A stretch of 64,000 nucleotides of DNA from an uncultured Gemmatimonadota bacterium (GTDB lineage Bacteria > JAAXHH01): positions 512,001 to 576,000 of the forward strand of contig OX638340.1 in assembly GCA_951812955.1 (NCBI GenBank), given 5' to 3'. Numbering within the stretch: the stretch's first letter is position 1; the number at the start of each line of letters is the position of its first letter. The notes beneath the pieces were generated by a model. It had not been told where the DNA came from. It made no database searches and saw only the letters and a list, made by a program, of their open reading frames with translations. The position numbers were made by a program, and so were the translations under genes. This document shows positions 1 through 9,190 of this stretch, one piece after another.

Positions 1-67
1 AATTCTGTACTTTTTTAAACGGTTTCGCCTATATTGTAAACCGCTTAAAAGAAAAACGCCATCCATA

Positions 68-1009
68 GTGATGTCAGGAGCGTACGTGCGGGACTTTTCA
101 AGCTTCTCGAGATCAATTCTGCTCTTCTGTCTTCTCCTGATTCCCCAGGCTGTTTCGGGTCAGACGAGCGTGACGGACGTCACCGGGACCACGTTTACCG
201 TGGGTAGCACCCCGCAGAGAATCGTGTCCTTAATCCCGAGTAACACCGAACTGCTTTTCGCTGTCGGGGCGGGAAGTTCGGTCGTCGGGGTGACGAATTA
301 CTGCGACTATCCCCCCGAAGCTCGGAAAATCGAGAAAGTCGGCGACCTCACGGCCATGAGCCTGGAAAAAGTCGTCGCCCTCGACCCTGAACTGGTACTG
401 GCCACGAAGGGAAACTCCAAGGAACTGGTATTCAGTCTGAGGGCGCTGGGTGTCCGGGTGTTCGTCCTCGACCCACAGACAATCGAGGAAGTACTCGATG
501 CCATTGGCAAGGTGGGTGCGCTCACAGGGCGTTCCGAGGCTTCGCGCGCGCTTGTCGACAGCTATAGACAAAGACTGGCCCATGTCGCGGACCGGATTGA
601 CGAGCTAACGGAAAGCGAACGTCCCACGGTATTCGTCGGCAGTCCGTTCAGGGACGAAAACTGGACGCCAGGTCCCGAAACGTATACCTCGGCGGTAATC
701 CGCCGGGCCGGTGGCCGGAACATTGCCGACGACCTGGCGCCACGTACCTGGGCGGTTTACAACCTGGAGAACATCGTCTCGAAGGACCCGCAGGTCCTGC
801 TGTCCACCCTGGGCGTGGGACAGGACCCCTCGGAAACGAGGACGAGGTTCCTTGAGCGGGCGAAGTCGCTCGAGGGCTGGCGCGATCTGGACGCCATTCG
901 CAACGAACGCGTCGTGCTGATTCCAGAGAACTGGCTGCTTCGGCCGGCGCCCAGGCTCTTCCAGGCGATCGAAACGCTGGCGAGTGCCCTGCATCCGAAC
1001 CTGTTCTGA
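68..1009 (+). CDS. Periplasmic substrate-binding protein of the BtuF/FhuD class (cobalamin or siderophore-type ABC binding protein)
   Basis: N-terminal signal peptide (SILLFCLLLIPQAVSG). The segment VSLIPSNTELLFAVGAGSSVVGVTNYCDYPPEARKIEKVGDL matches the conserved BtuF / Peripla_BP_2 core. Start is either GTG at 68 or ATG at 71. Confidence 0.8.
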   Translation: MMSGAYVRDFSSFSRSILLFCLLLIPQAVSGQTSVTDVTGTTFTVGSTPQRIVSLIPSNTELLFAVGAGSSVVGVTNYCDYPPEARKIEKVGDLTAMSLEKVVALDPELVLATKGNSKELVFSLRALGVRVFVLDPQTIEEVLDAIGKVGALTGRSEASRALVDSYRQRLAHVADRIDELTESERPTVFVGSPFRDENWTPGPETYTSAVIRRAGGRNIADDLAPRTWAVYNLENIVSKDPQVLLSTLGVGQDPSETRTRFLERAKSLEGWRDLDAIRNERVVLIPENWLLRPAPRLFQAIETLASALHPNLF

Positions 1010-1060
1010 AGGCGTCCACGAGTAAACGCTAACGATACCTGATACACCTGGCGATCCTTT

Positions 1061-3253
1061 ATGCCTCTTCTAAGCAAAATACCTAACGAGCTGTACAGCC
1101 TGTTACGGACCAGATTCCCGGCAGACGCGGACAAGGCGGAGCTGATTTTCGCCTGCAGAACGGATCTGGCGCCGGACGGCCGCATCCAGGAATCGATGTT
1201 GCTGGTCACCCGGCGTCACCTGGCGGTAGCCACGCTGTCCGACGGGCAGTGGTCGCTGACGCACTCCTTGCCCCTGGTGGACATCACTGGGCTGAACGTC
1301 GAGCCGCTCGTCGGCGCGAGCGCGCTAATGGCCAAGGTGGACGGCAGGGAGATCAGGCTGCTCCGGTATTCCCATGCGGTGGCCCAGGACATGTCGGACG
1401 CTGTCGAGTCCCTGTTGCATCTGATCGGTCCCGATGGCAGTCCGGACCATACGGAGCCCGTTATAGAAGACCCGGTTCCGGACTGGTCGAGCCGCGAGGC
1501 TCACCTGCGCACGTTCCGGCGCCTGTGGGCATTCTGCCTGCCGCACTGGCGCACGCTGGTCATCGCCATGGCCGTCACCATCGTGGCATCGGCCATCGAC
1601 CTGTTGCCCCCGTACCTGACCATGATCCTCGTGGACCAGGTCCTGGTGGACATGAGCACCTACATGTATCTTCCGCTGATCGTCGCGCTGCTGGCGGTGT
1701 CCCGTATCGTCCATACCGGAGTGACCGTCGTGAGCGGCAGAATGCTGGCCGTGCTGGGTGACCGGCTGGCCTTCGACGCGCGGTCGGAGTTGCTGAACGT
1801 CCTGCAACTGCTGCCTCTCAAGTACTACGATATGCAGCAGACGGGCGGACTCATGGCCCGTATCGCACGGGACGCCAAGTCGATCCACTACTTCTGGATC
1901 GATTTCGCGCCGCAGGTGATCCAGCAGGGACTGCTGGTAATCGGCATGACCGCGGTGCTTTTCTACCTGAACTGGGAGCTGGCCTTCCTCGTCCTGATCC
2001 CCATTCCCGCCATCATCTTCGCATCGATACACATCAAGCGCTACCTGATGTGGTTTTACGGAAGGTCCTGGGACAGCTGGGCGACCTTTTTCGAACGGGT
2101 CAACGACGCGCTGGCCGGCATCCGGGTCGTGAAGATCTTCGCCCAGGAGAAACGGCAAAGCCGGGACATGCATCTCGAGAACGAGAAGGTGTTTACGGCC
2201 GAACGCAACATACACGTCCGATCACGCACGGTGCGCCCCCTCCTCGCCTTCATCGTGTCCGTGGGCGGGCTCCTCGTCTGGTGGTATGGCGGGAGACAGG
2301 TTCAATCGGCGGAAATGACCATCGGCATGCTGATGGCCTTCTTCCTCTACCTGAGCATGTTCTACAATCCCGTGCAGCAACTGACCAGCATGGCCGACTG
2401 GATTCCCGAGATGATGACGGCCATAACCCGCACCTTCGAGGTCATCGACAGTCCCATCGAGGACTATACGCCAGGCGAGACCGTCGACGTGCCCCGTTTC
2501 GAGGGACGCCTGGAGCTGCAGGACGTCAACTTCGGCTACGTGGCGCACCAGCCCGTGCTAAAAGGGATCAACCTGCACGTCGAACCGGGCGAGATGATCG
2601 GGCTCGTGGGACACTCGGGCGCGGGCAAGTCCACCCTCATCAAGCTGATGTGCCGCTTCTACGACGTCGATGGGGGCGGGATACTCATCGATGGGATCGA
2701 CGTTCGACGGATGGACCTGATGCAGCTGCGCAGCCAGATCGGGTACGTGGAGCAGGATCCCTTTCTGTTCTCCGGGTCCGTGACCGACAATATCCGCTTC
2801 GGCAACCGGGAAGCGTCCCGGGAGGAGATCATCGAGGCCGCCATCAACGCGAACGCCCACGAATTCATCGTCAAGCTGCCTGATGGTTACGATACGCCCG
2901 TAGGCGAACGGGGCGGCAGACTGTCCGGCGGTGAGCGTCAGCGCGTCGCGATCGCACGGGCCATCCTGCACGATCCGCGGATCCTGATTCTCGACGAACC
3001 TACGTCGGCCCTCGACCTGGAAACGGAGAAGAAGATCCAGGAAGCCCTGGGACGGCTCATGGAGGGCCGCACGACGCTCGCCATAGCCCACCGGCTGTCC
3101 ACCCTGAGAGACGCCGACCGGCTGCTCGTACTCAAGAACGGAGAGCCGGTGGAACTGGGTACCCACGAAGAGCTGCTGAACCGGCAAGGCGAGTACTACC
3201 GGCTGGTCCAGTTGCACACCAACGTCTCCAGCATCGTGGGCGTGGAGGGGTAA
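1061..3253 (+). CDS. Fused permease/ATPase ABC half-transporter with type I exporter (MsbA-like) fold and a roughly 155-aa N-terminal cytoplasmic extension
   Basis: Six predicted TM helices after residue 160. Walker A GHSGAGKST, ABC signature LSGGERQRVAIARA and Walker B ILILDEPTSALD are all present. The N-terminal 150 aa lie outside the canonical TMD-NBD unit. Confidence 0.85.
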   Translation: MPLLSKIPNELYSLLRTRFPADADKAELIFACRTDLAPDGRIQESMLLVTRRHLAVATLSDGQWSLTHSLPLVDITGLNVEPLVGASALMAKVDGREIRLLRYSHAVAQDMSDAVESLLHLIGPDGSPDHTEPVIEDPVPDWSSREAHLRTFRRLWAFCLPHWRTLVIAMAVTIVASAIDLLPPYLTMILVDQVLVDMSTYMYLPLIVALLAVSRIVHTGVTVVSGRMLAVLGDRLAFDARSELLNVLQLLPLKYYDMQQTGGLMARIARDAKSIHYFWIDFAPQVIQQGLLVIGMTAVLFYLNWELAFLVLIPIPAIIFASIHIKRYLMWFYGRSWDSWATFFERVNDALAGIRVVKIFAQEKRQSRDMHLENEKVFTAERNIHVRSRTVRPLLAFIVSVGGLLVWWYGGRQVQSAEMTIGMLMAFFLYLSMFYNPVQQLTSMADWIPEMMTAITRTFEVIDSPIEDYTPGETVDVPRFEGRLELQDVNFGYVAHQPVLKGINLHVEPGEMIGLVGHSGAGKSTLIKLMCRFYDVDGGGILIDGIDVRRMDLMQLRSQIGYVEQDPFLFSGSVTDNIRFGNREASREEIIEAAINANAHEFIVKLPDGYDTPVGERGGRLSGGERQRVAIARAILHDPRILILDEPTSALDLETEKKIQEALGRLMEGRTTLAIAHRLSTLRDADRLLVLKNGEPVELGTHEELLNRQGEYYRLVQLHTNVSSIVGVEG

Positions 3254-3256
3254 GCC

Positions 3257-3736
3257 TTGTCCTTTCTCGATCCGGCCGCCATACGCCTCGAACGGCGCGA
3301 AGAACAGCCGCCAACGTTGTCCATCGCGGGCGACCTGTTCTTCAACGTCAAAATCCGTCAGGCCTTTCCGCTCTCCTTCGAAAGCCGGTACATTACTTTC
3401 TTTGATCAGGAAGATGAATATCTGGGGATCGTGGCCGACCCGGAAGCCTGCGACGAGGATACCTGTCGGATTATCCGTGATGAAATCGAATGGCGCTATT
3501 TCCGGCCGAGGATAGAGCGCGTCCTGGAAATGGAAGGCCGGGGTGGCACGTCCATATTCTCGGTGGAGACGGACCGGGGCGCGGTAAAGATCCCGATGCG
3601 GGACCTCAGGGAAGGCATGATGGAGTTGTCGCCTGGCCGAATCCTGATCACGGACGAGCACGGCAACCGGTACGAGATCCCCGACCTCGACCGGCTGGAT
3701 CGACGGAGCCGCCGCCTGATCCGCCGCCTGATCTGA
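3257..3736 (+). CDS. Conserved hypothetical protein translationally coupled to the ABC gene (possibly DUF1854-like, recalled from memory only)
   Basis: TTG start 3 nt after the ABC stop codon. A soluble acidic 159-aa protein with no recognisable catalytic motif. Confidence 0.5.
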   Translation: MSFLDPAAIRLERREEQPPTLSIAGDLFFNVKIRQAFPLSFESRYITFFDQEDEYLGIVADPEACDEDTCRIIRDEIEWRYFRPRIERVLEMEGRGGTSIFSVETDRGAVKIPMRDLREGMMELSPGRILITDEHGNRYEIPDLDRLDRRSRRLIRRLI

Positions 3737-3740
3737 CGAC

Positions 3741-4160
3741 TTAACCCATCAGAATCGGCACAATCTTCGCATAGGCCGTCTTGAACCCGAGCACGGCCAG
3801 GTAGATCCCAACGCCCAGCAGGACCATCAGAATGGTGCCGATCGCGACCAGGAGCGGTTTGCTGCTGGCGAACCGTAGCTTGAGCCGTTCCACCTTGGCG
3901 TAGATATCGGGGTACTTCTGTTCCAGGCGGGACAGTATGCGTCTGGCGAAGGCGTTGCGCGTGGACAGGATCGTCAGCCCGATGACGATGAACAGCACGC
4001 CCTGCAACAGGGGCAGGAGAAGGCCCAGGACCCCAAGGACGAGAAAGGTCCATCCGAGAACGGACTGGGCCATGCGAAAGAGTAGTTTCTGTTCTATCTG
4101 CTTGAATCCAATCTCTTGACGGTATATCCAGTCAGTTAACGGTACGCCCAGTCGCAGCAA
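3741..4160 (-). CDS. YbaN/DUF454-family small inner-membrane protein
   Basis: Two long hydrophobic helices (LVLGVLGLLLPLLQGVLFIVIGLTIL; LLVAIGTILMVLLGVGIYLAV) typical of YbaN. The start is either TTG at 4160, abutting the TPR gene stop, or ATG at 4073. Confidence 0.6.
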   Translation of the reverse strand: MLRLGVPLTDWIYRQEIGFKQIEQKLLFRMAQSVLGWTFLVLGVLGLLLPLLQGVLFIVIGLTILSTRNAFARRILSRLEQKYPDIYAKVERLKLRFASSKPLLVAIGTILMVLLGVGIYLAVLGFKTAYAKIVPILMG

Positions 4161-4162
4161 GA

Positions 4163-4483
4163 TCAGTCAAGAAAAGCGAGGGCTTCCCGCATTTCTTCCA
4201 GGTCCTTGGCGTCGCCCTGGCGTTCCGCAACGACAATACCCCGTTCATAACATCTGCGGGCTTCTTCCTCCTGGTCCAGCTGTTCGTAAACTCGACCGGC
4301 CTGGTGATAGCCCACCGTATAGTCCGGCGACGCATCCATGAGCCGTTCCAGGATCCCCACCGCTTCTTCGAGCCGGTTCGAACTCACATATTCCAGCGCG
4401 ATCGCATACTGAATAAAGGGATCGCCGGGATCCTTCCGGGCGAGCAGTTCAAGCTGTTCGAGCCGTTCATTCATGCCGCACAT
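4163..4483 (-). CDS. Small tetratricopeptide-repeat protein
   Basis: Two to three TPR-like helical hairpins (AIALEYVSSNRLEEAVGILERLMDASPDYTVGYHQAGRVYEQLDQEEEARRCYERGI). Confidence 0.55.
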   Translation of the reverse strand: MCGMNERLEQLELLARKDPGDPFIQYAIALEYVSSNRLEEAVGILERLMDASPDYTVGYHQAGRVYEQLDQEEEARRCYERGIVVAERQGDAKDLEEMREALAFLD

Positions 4484-4499
4484 CCTGTATTAGCGCATC

Positions 4500-5270
4500 C
4501 TAAATCAGCGAACGGGACTGGCATCCGTCCACGTTGACACAGGCGCCCGTTACCCAACTCGCCCGGTCGGATGACAGGAAAACCACCACGTCCGCGATCT
4601 CTTCGGGCTTGCCGAATCGTCCGGCCGGGAGTTCCTGTTCCACGAACTTTCCAATCCCCTCGGGGTCCGCGTCCAGCCGTTTCTGCCAGTTTCCACCGGG
4701 GAATATCACCGAGCCCGGCGCCACCGTGTTCACGCGGATTCCTGTATTGGCCACTTCCTTGGCAAGCGTCTTTCCCATGGAGATCTCCGCGGCCTTGGTG
4801 GCGTTGTAGGTGGCGGGCCCGCCTGCTTCGCGGCCGAAGATCGAGGATATGGTGATGATCGATCCGCGCTCGCGGGTACGCATCGACGGGAGCACCGCCC
4901 GCGTCGCCCGTACGGCGGCGAACATGTTCAAGTTGAACACGTACAGCCATTCGTCATCGGAAACATCGTCGAAAGGGTTCCAGACGCTGCCGCCCACGTT
5001 GTTGACCAGGATATCGATGCGTCCCCAGCGGTCCAGGGTGGCTTTCACGATCCTGTCGATTCCTTCGGCCGTGGTCAGGTCCCCTGCCGTCGCCAGCGTT
5101 TCGACGCCCTTTTGTGCGACTTCCCGTTCGGTCTCAAGCAGCCGCTCTTCCCCCCTGGCGCTCAGGCTGACGTGGCATCCCTCGTCCGCGAAGCCCAGGG
5201 CGATCGATCGTCCGATGCCCCGGCTCGAGCCGGTTACCAGGGCGACTTTGTCCTTCAGACCCAGATCCAT
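4500..5270 (-). CDS. Short-chain dehydrogenase/reductase (SDR) family oxidoreductase
   Basis: N-terminal KVALVTGSSRGIGRSIA Rossmann motif, NNVG motif and YNATKAA catalytic Tyr-x3-Lys. Confidence 0.85.
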   Translation of the reverse strand: MDLGLKDKVALVTGSSRGIGRSIALGFADEGCHVSLSARGEERLLETEREVAQKGVETLATAGDLTTAEGIDRIVKATLDRWGRIDILVNNVGGSVWNPFDDVSDDEWLYVFNLNMFAAVRATRAVLPSMRTRERGSIITISSIFGREAGGPATYNATKAAEISMGKTLAKEVANTGIRVNTVAPGSVIFPGGNWQKRLDADPEGIGKFVEQELPAGRFGKPEEIADVVVFLSSDRASWVTGACVNVDGCQSRSLI

Positions 5271-5327
5271 TGGAATCCCTTTCGTTAGTGTTCTTTTCGT
5301 TGGTGTCCCCTGGTCGGCAGCGTTTCC

Positions 5328-6353
5328 CTAGTCGACCGGTTCGAACAGTATCTTCATGCCTTCTTTGTTTAAAAGCCGACGGAACGCGTTCTCCCACTCG
5401 AATAAAGGAACCACGTCCGACACGATTGGTTCCAGTTCGATCCTGCGTTGGTCCAGCATTACCATGGTGCGGTCCCAAGCATCCAGGGACCCGGCGAAGG
5501 AGGTCCGTATATCAATTTCCTTCAGTTCCGCCGGAAAGAAATCAACCTCGAACGGGGCGCCATGCAGTCCGATCTGCATAATGGTGCCCTGTTTTCTCAC
5601 CAGTTCGATGGCTGATCGTGTGGCCGCCGCCGACCCTGAACATTCGTAAATCACGTCGGCGCCGTAACCCTGGGTTCGATCCCTGACGAGCCCGAGCAGG
5701 TCGACCTCGTCGATGTTGACGGTTTCGTCCGCCCAGCGCGCGCCGAGTTCGAGCCTCTCCCTATCTTCCGAAGTGCCGGTCAGGATGACGTACGCGCCTT
5801 CCGCTTTCGCCACCTGCGTCGTCAGCATGCCGATGGGACCCGGTCCCGTCACCACCGCCACGTCACCGGCGGCAACGGACGTGCGTATGGAGACGGCCTT
5901 GACGCAGCAGCACAAGGGTTCGCTCAACGCGCCGATGGTGAGGTCCAGATGTTCCGGAATCCTTCGCAACGCCCAGGCCGGCATGACCACGTACTTCGTA
6001 AATACACCATGCACACCGCTGCCGATGGACAGGCGGCTGTCGCACAGACTGTGCTGTCCCGCCGTACAATACCTGCACACGCCGCAGACTACGGTGGTCG
6101 GTATGCCGGTCACCGCGTCGCCCAGGCGGTATTCGTCCGTGTCCGCTACCTCGTCCACGATGCCGGAGAACTCGTGGCCCATGATCACGGGCGGATTGTA
6201 GGGGTATTCGTCCTTGTAAATGTGGATATCGGTGCCACAGATCCCAGCGGCCCGGATTTCCACCCGGACTTCTCCGGGCTTGAGCTCCGGAACCGGCAAC
6301 TCCCGGACTTCCATGTTGACCGGTCCGTGGTCGTATTTGACCAGTCCTTTCAT
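5328..6353 (-). CDS. Zinc-dependent alcohol dehydrogenase (MDR family; threonine or sorbitol dehydrogenase-like)
   Basis: Motifs GICGTDIH, GHEFSG and CGVCRYC (structural zinc). The start was re-placed at the ATG at 6353 (MKGLVKYD), preceded by GGAGAT. The track ORF extends further upstream. Confidence 0.85.
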   Translation of the reverse strand: MKGLVKYDHGPVNMEVRELPVPELKPGEVRVEIRAAGICGTDIHIYKDEYPYNPPVIMGHEFSGIVDEVADTDEYRLGDAVTGIPTTVVCGVCRYCTAGQHSLCDSRLSIGSGVHGVFTKYVVMPAWALRRIPEHLDLTIGALSEPLCCCVKAVSIRTSVAAGDVAVVTGPGPIGMLTTQVAKAEGAYVILTGTSEDRERLELGARWADETVNIDEVDLLGLVRDRTQGYGADVIYECSGSAAATRSAIELVRKQGTIMQIGLHGAPFEVDFFPAELKEIDIRTSFAGSLDAWDRTMVMLDQRRIELEPIVSDVVPLFEWENAFRRLLNKEGMKILFEPVD

Positions 6354-6461
6354 CCTTCGGATCTCCGCTCCAGCGTTCGTCATCGACAAGGAAGGTTTGA
6401 ATATAGGGCGGCAGGTTTGGGATGACAAGATCAATCAAAGCCGGACTGCCGCAATAAGCCG

Positions 6462-6491
6462 TTGACAATCCGACAGGCGCATTCTTATGTT
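6462..6491 (+). promoter_or_regulatory. Candidate sigma-70-type promoter for tRNA-Arg (TTGACA, 17-18 nt spacer, TATGTT)
   Basis: A TTGACA hexamer at 6462-6467 and TTATGT/TATGTT about 18 nt downstream. tRNA 5' end about 26 nt after the -10 element. By-eye match only. Confidence 0.3.
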
Positions 6492-6516
6492 GAGCACGGA
6501 CCGGAATCAGGCTCCA

Positions 6517-6589
6517 GCCCCCGTAGCTCAGAGGATAGAGCAGCGGTTTCCTAAACCGTTGGTCGGGTGTTCGACTCACCCCGGGGGTA
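6517..6589 (+). tRNA. tRNA-Arg (anticodon CCT)
   Basis: Hand-folded cloverleaf. Acceptor stem GCCCCCG/CGGGGGT (G1-U72 wobble), D-arm GCTC-AGAGGATA-GAGC, anticodon stem GCGGT/ACCGT with loop TTCCTAA, T-arm GGGTG-TTCGACT-CACCC, discriminator A. CCA is not encoded. Confidence 0.85.
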
Positions 6590-6646
6590 TTCCCGGTCCC
6601 CGCCTGTATCAACCTGATCCCGACGCACGCAACGCAGGAGGTCGTC

Positions 6647-7948
6647 ATGTCCGATCTGTCCCGGTACATCCACGAGACACCACTCATCGACACACACGAG
6701 CATCTAAGGTTTGAAGAGGATTGGGTCGCCCACGGACCGGACGTGCTGCAGGATCTCTTCGAGAACTATGTCCCGGCTGATCTCGTGGTCGCCGGCGCGT
6801 CACAGGAAGCGGTCGATGTCCTACTGGATCCCGGTAAGGGAGACGTGTCGGCGCGCTTCGAACCGATCCGGAATGCCTGGGAGGCCGTGAAGCACACGGG
6901 ATACGGCGAAGCGGTACGCATTCTTGCGGAAGACGTATACGGCATGGCTGAAATCACGATCGACGGGCTGGTCGCGGCGCAGGCCGAGAACGACAGGTTG
7001 CGGTCACCGGGCCAACGGTTAGCCCTGTTGCGGAACCGCGCGGGCCTGGACCACGTGCAGATCGACAACTTCGTCTGGGCCTGCGAGCCGGACGTTTCCG
7101 GACCGGAATTCTTCCTCTACGATCTTTCGTGGGTGGGATTCTGCAATGGCGAGGTGCCCGTGGAGAAAATCGCGGAGGAAACGGGGATTACCGTGGACAG
7201 CCTGGGCAGTCTGCGCGAAGCCATGGCCGCGCTCTTCGCGAAATTCGGTCCCCACGCCATCGCGGTCAAGGCGCAGCACGCCTATTCCAGGACGCTCCGG
7301 TGGGAGGAACGGAGCGACGAAGAAGCGGCACGGGCCCTGGAAATCGTCCTGAAGGACCCCGGCAACCCGCCGGAGGAAGCCGCGCTGTGCCTGGGAGACT
7401 GGGGTTGGGCGCGTGGCGTGGAACTTTCCATCGAACACAATCTCCCGTTCAAGATCCACACGGGCTACTACGCGGGACACAGCCGGATGCCGGTGGACCG
7501 CATCAAGAGCGGTAACCTCTGCGGATTGCTGGCCCGGTACCTCGATGCCCGGTTCGTGCTGATGCACATCGCCTATCCCTACAGCCACGAACTGATCGCC
7601 CTCGCCAAGCACTACCCGAACGTCTGGGTGGACCTCTGCTGGGCCTGGTCCATCGATCCGTACAGTTCCTGCGATTTCGTCCGCCGATTCATCCACGCCG
7701 TCCCGATCAACAAGCTCTTCGCCTTCGGCGGCGACACCGGTTGGCCCACCAGTGCCTACGCCTACGCCGTACAGGCCCGGAAATGGCTGGCCAGCGCTTT
7801 GGAAGCCGAGGTTAGCGACGGCCTCCTCACCGAGAAACAGGCGATGGACGTGGCGCTCCGGCTCATGCAGACCAACCAGCGGGACTGCTTCGATATCGAG
7901 GGAACTCGGGGGCAAATCGCGCGGACGATGGCATCCGCCACGACCTAA
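6647..7948 (+). CDS. Amidohydrolase-2 / TIM-barrel metal-dependent hydrolase family protein
   Basis: N-terminal IDTHEHL metal-binding motif, plus later HTGYY and LMHIAYPY segments, typical of PF04909-like hydrolases and uronate-isomerase-like folds. Strong AGGAGG Shine-Dalgarno sequence before the ATG. Confidence 0.6.
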   Translation: MSDLSRYIHETPLIDTHEHLRFEEDWVAHGPDVLQDLFENYVPADLVVAGASQEAVDVLLDPGKGDVSARFEPIRNAWEAVKHTGYGEAVRILAEDVYGMAEITIDGLVAAQAENDRLRSPGQRLALLRNRAGLDHVQIDNFVWACEPDVSGPEFFLYDLSWVGFCNGEVPVEKIAEETGITVDSLGSLREAMAALFAKFGPHAIAVKAQHAYSRTLRWEERSDEEAARALEIVLKDPGNPPEEAALCLGDWGWARGVELSIEHNLPFKIHTGYYAGHSRMPVDRIKSGNLCGLLARYLDARFVLMHIAYPYSHELIALAKHYPNVWVDLCWAWSIDPYSSCDFVRRFIHAVPINKLFAFGGDTGWPTSAYAYAVQARKWLASALEAEVSDGLLTEKQAMDVALRLMQTNQRDCFDIEGTRGQIARTMASATT

Positions 7949-7955
7949 AAACGGG

Positions 7956-7984
7956 TTGCGTCCAGGGCTATTGAAGCTTATATT
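7956..7984 (+). promoter_or_regulatory. Candidate sigma-70-type promoter for tRNA-Thr (TTGCGT, 17 nt spacer, TATATT)
   Basis: -35-like TTGCGT at 7956-7961, a 17-nt spacer, and TATATT at 7979-7984. tRNA 5' end 17 nt downstream. Confidence 0.3.
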
Positions 7985-8001
7985 GTCAGCGGATTTAACA
8001 G

Positions 8002-8074
8002 GCCACGATAGCTCAGCTGGTAGAGCAATTCATTCGTAATGAATAGGTCGTCGGTTCGAGTCCGACTCGTGGCT
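8002..8074 (+). tRNA. tRNA-Thr (anticodon CGT)
   Basis: Hand-folded. Acceptor stem GCCACGA/TCGTGGC (all Watson-Crick pairs), D-arm GCTC-AGCTGGTA-GAGC, anticodon stem ATTCA/TGAAT with loop TTCGTAA, T-arm GTCGG-TTCGAGT-CCGAC. Confidence 0.85.
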
Positions 8075-8270
8075 TTCTTCCGCAGTCTGGTTCCCATAAA
8101 GATCACCTCGCATCATCCGTCTTCCCGGCAAAAAGACGTTCGAAGTCTTCGAACGATCCGCTCTGCCGTACCGGACGAGCCACAGTACCCGGTAAACAGA
8201 CTCCGTAAAACCTAACCAACCTCTTTCCTTCTTTCGTGAGAAGGATTTAGGGGTTTTCTCTATGCGGTAC

Positions 8271-9014
8271 CTACGATTTCTCTCTGTCCTGTTCGGCCCT
8301 GGCCTTTGACAGTGCCGACGCGATTATTCCCGATGGAATCGCAATGACACCTAATCCGATCATCAGGAGGATGAATGTGAAAATCCTTCCCCCTCCGGTC
8401 ACCGGATATGTATCGCCGTAACCCACGGTAGTCAATGTTACAACCGCCCACCACAGTCCATCCAGCACCGAACCGAATTTACCTGGCTGTACGGCGCTTT
8501 CAAAATACCAGATTCCCGCCGCCGCCAGGTAAATCAGTATCACGGACAGGACTGCGAACATTATGATTTCTTCCTTCACGATGACGACGGCTCGCTGTAA
8601 TCGATCTACCGCCTGGTTGTATCTGAACAGTCTGATAATCCTGAAGATACGCAATACACGAACGACGCGAAGTATTCGGCCGTCGACGTAACCAAAGCCG
8701 ATCAACATTAGGTAAAATGGCAGGATAGCTAACAGATCTATGATTCCATAGAAACTAAAAACATATTGCGTTCTGTTGTATGCAACAAAGCATCGCAAGC
8801 AGTATTCGAATGTGAATAACACGACGGTAATGGTTTCCACTAAATGGAGGAAAGACTGAGTCTGGCCGGTTATACCAGGGATTGTTCTTAACGTAAATGT
8901 GATCAGAGATAACAAGATCATGCCAAGTATGAAATCGTCAAACGTACGGCCCTGCCATGAGTCTCGACGTTCGACCACATGCCTGATTCGTTCAATGTAT
9001 GTTGTCTGGTTCAT
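8271..9014 (-). CDS. Voltage-gated potassium channel (6TM ion_trans family, KvAP-like)
   Basis: Selectivity filter TLTTVGYGD. S4 voltage sensor with Arg at every third position (RVVRVLRIFRIIRLFRY). GGAGGGAAGG Shine-Dalgarno sequence. Confidence 0.85.
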   Translation of the reverse strand: MNQTTYIERIRHVVERRDSWQGRTFDDFILGMILLSLITFTLRTIPGITGQTQSFLHLVETITVVLFTFEYCLRCFVAYNRTQYVFSFYGIIDLLAILPFYLMLIGFGYVDGRILRVVRVLRIFRIIRLFRYNQAVDRLQRAVVIVKEEIIMFAVLSVILIYLAAAGIWYFESAVQPGKFGSVLDGLWWAVVTLTTVGYGDTYPVTGGGRIFTFILLMIGLGVIAIPSGIIASALSKARAEQDREKS

Positions 9015-9190
9015 GTCCTTCCCTCCAGGTCTGGATTCACGTCCAGGACAGTGTGAACGCGTTTCTCACCCTCGTCGATTACGAATATGTCCTTGTCTAT
9101 GAAGGTCGGTAACCGGTTAAGTGGCCGGGGCGACTGCTGCAGAGCGTGGATCGAACTTGGTGAAATCGATTGTTGCACTTGGGGTTACAA

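Noticed and set aside
1-67. Possible cobalamin riboswitch upstream of the BtuF-like gene
   Set aside because: Only 67 nt of upstream sequence are in the window. No B12-box (GCCACTG-like) element is visible, so it cannot be supported.
1325-3661. Long minus-strand ORFs (1325-2215, 2222-2548, 2558-3661) antisense to the ABC transporter gene
   Set aside because: They have a Arg/Gly/His-rich low-complexity composition typical of antisense frames of high-GC genes. The plus-strand ABC gene has unambiguous Walker and signature motifs.
7019-7915. 298-aa minus-strand ORF inside the amidohydrolase gene
   Set aside because: It is antisense to a gene with a strong AGGAGG-ATG start and an HxH metal motif. 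It has no features of its own.
8231-8250. Inverted repeat CCTTCT-ttcgtga-AGAAGG between tRNA-Thr and the K+ channel gene as a terminator
   Set aside because: It has a short 6-bp stem and no clear U-tract on the minus strand after the channel stop. On the plus strand it is only weakly T-rich. It is too marginal to annotate as a terminator.
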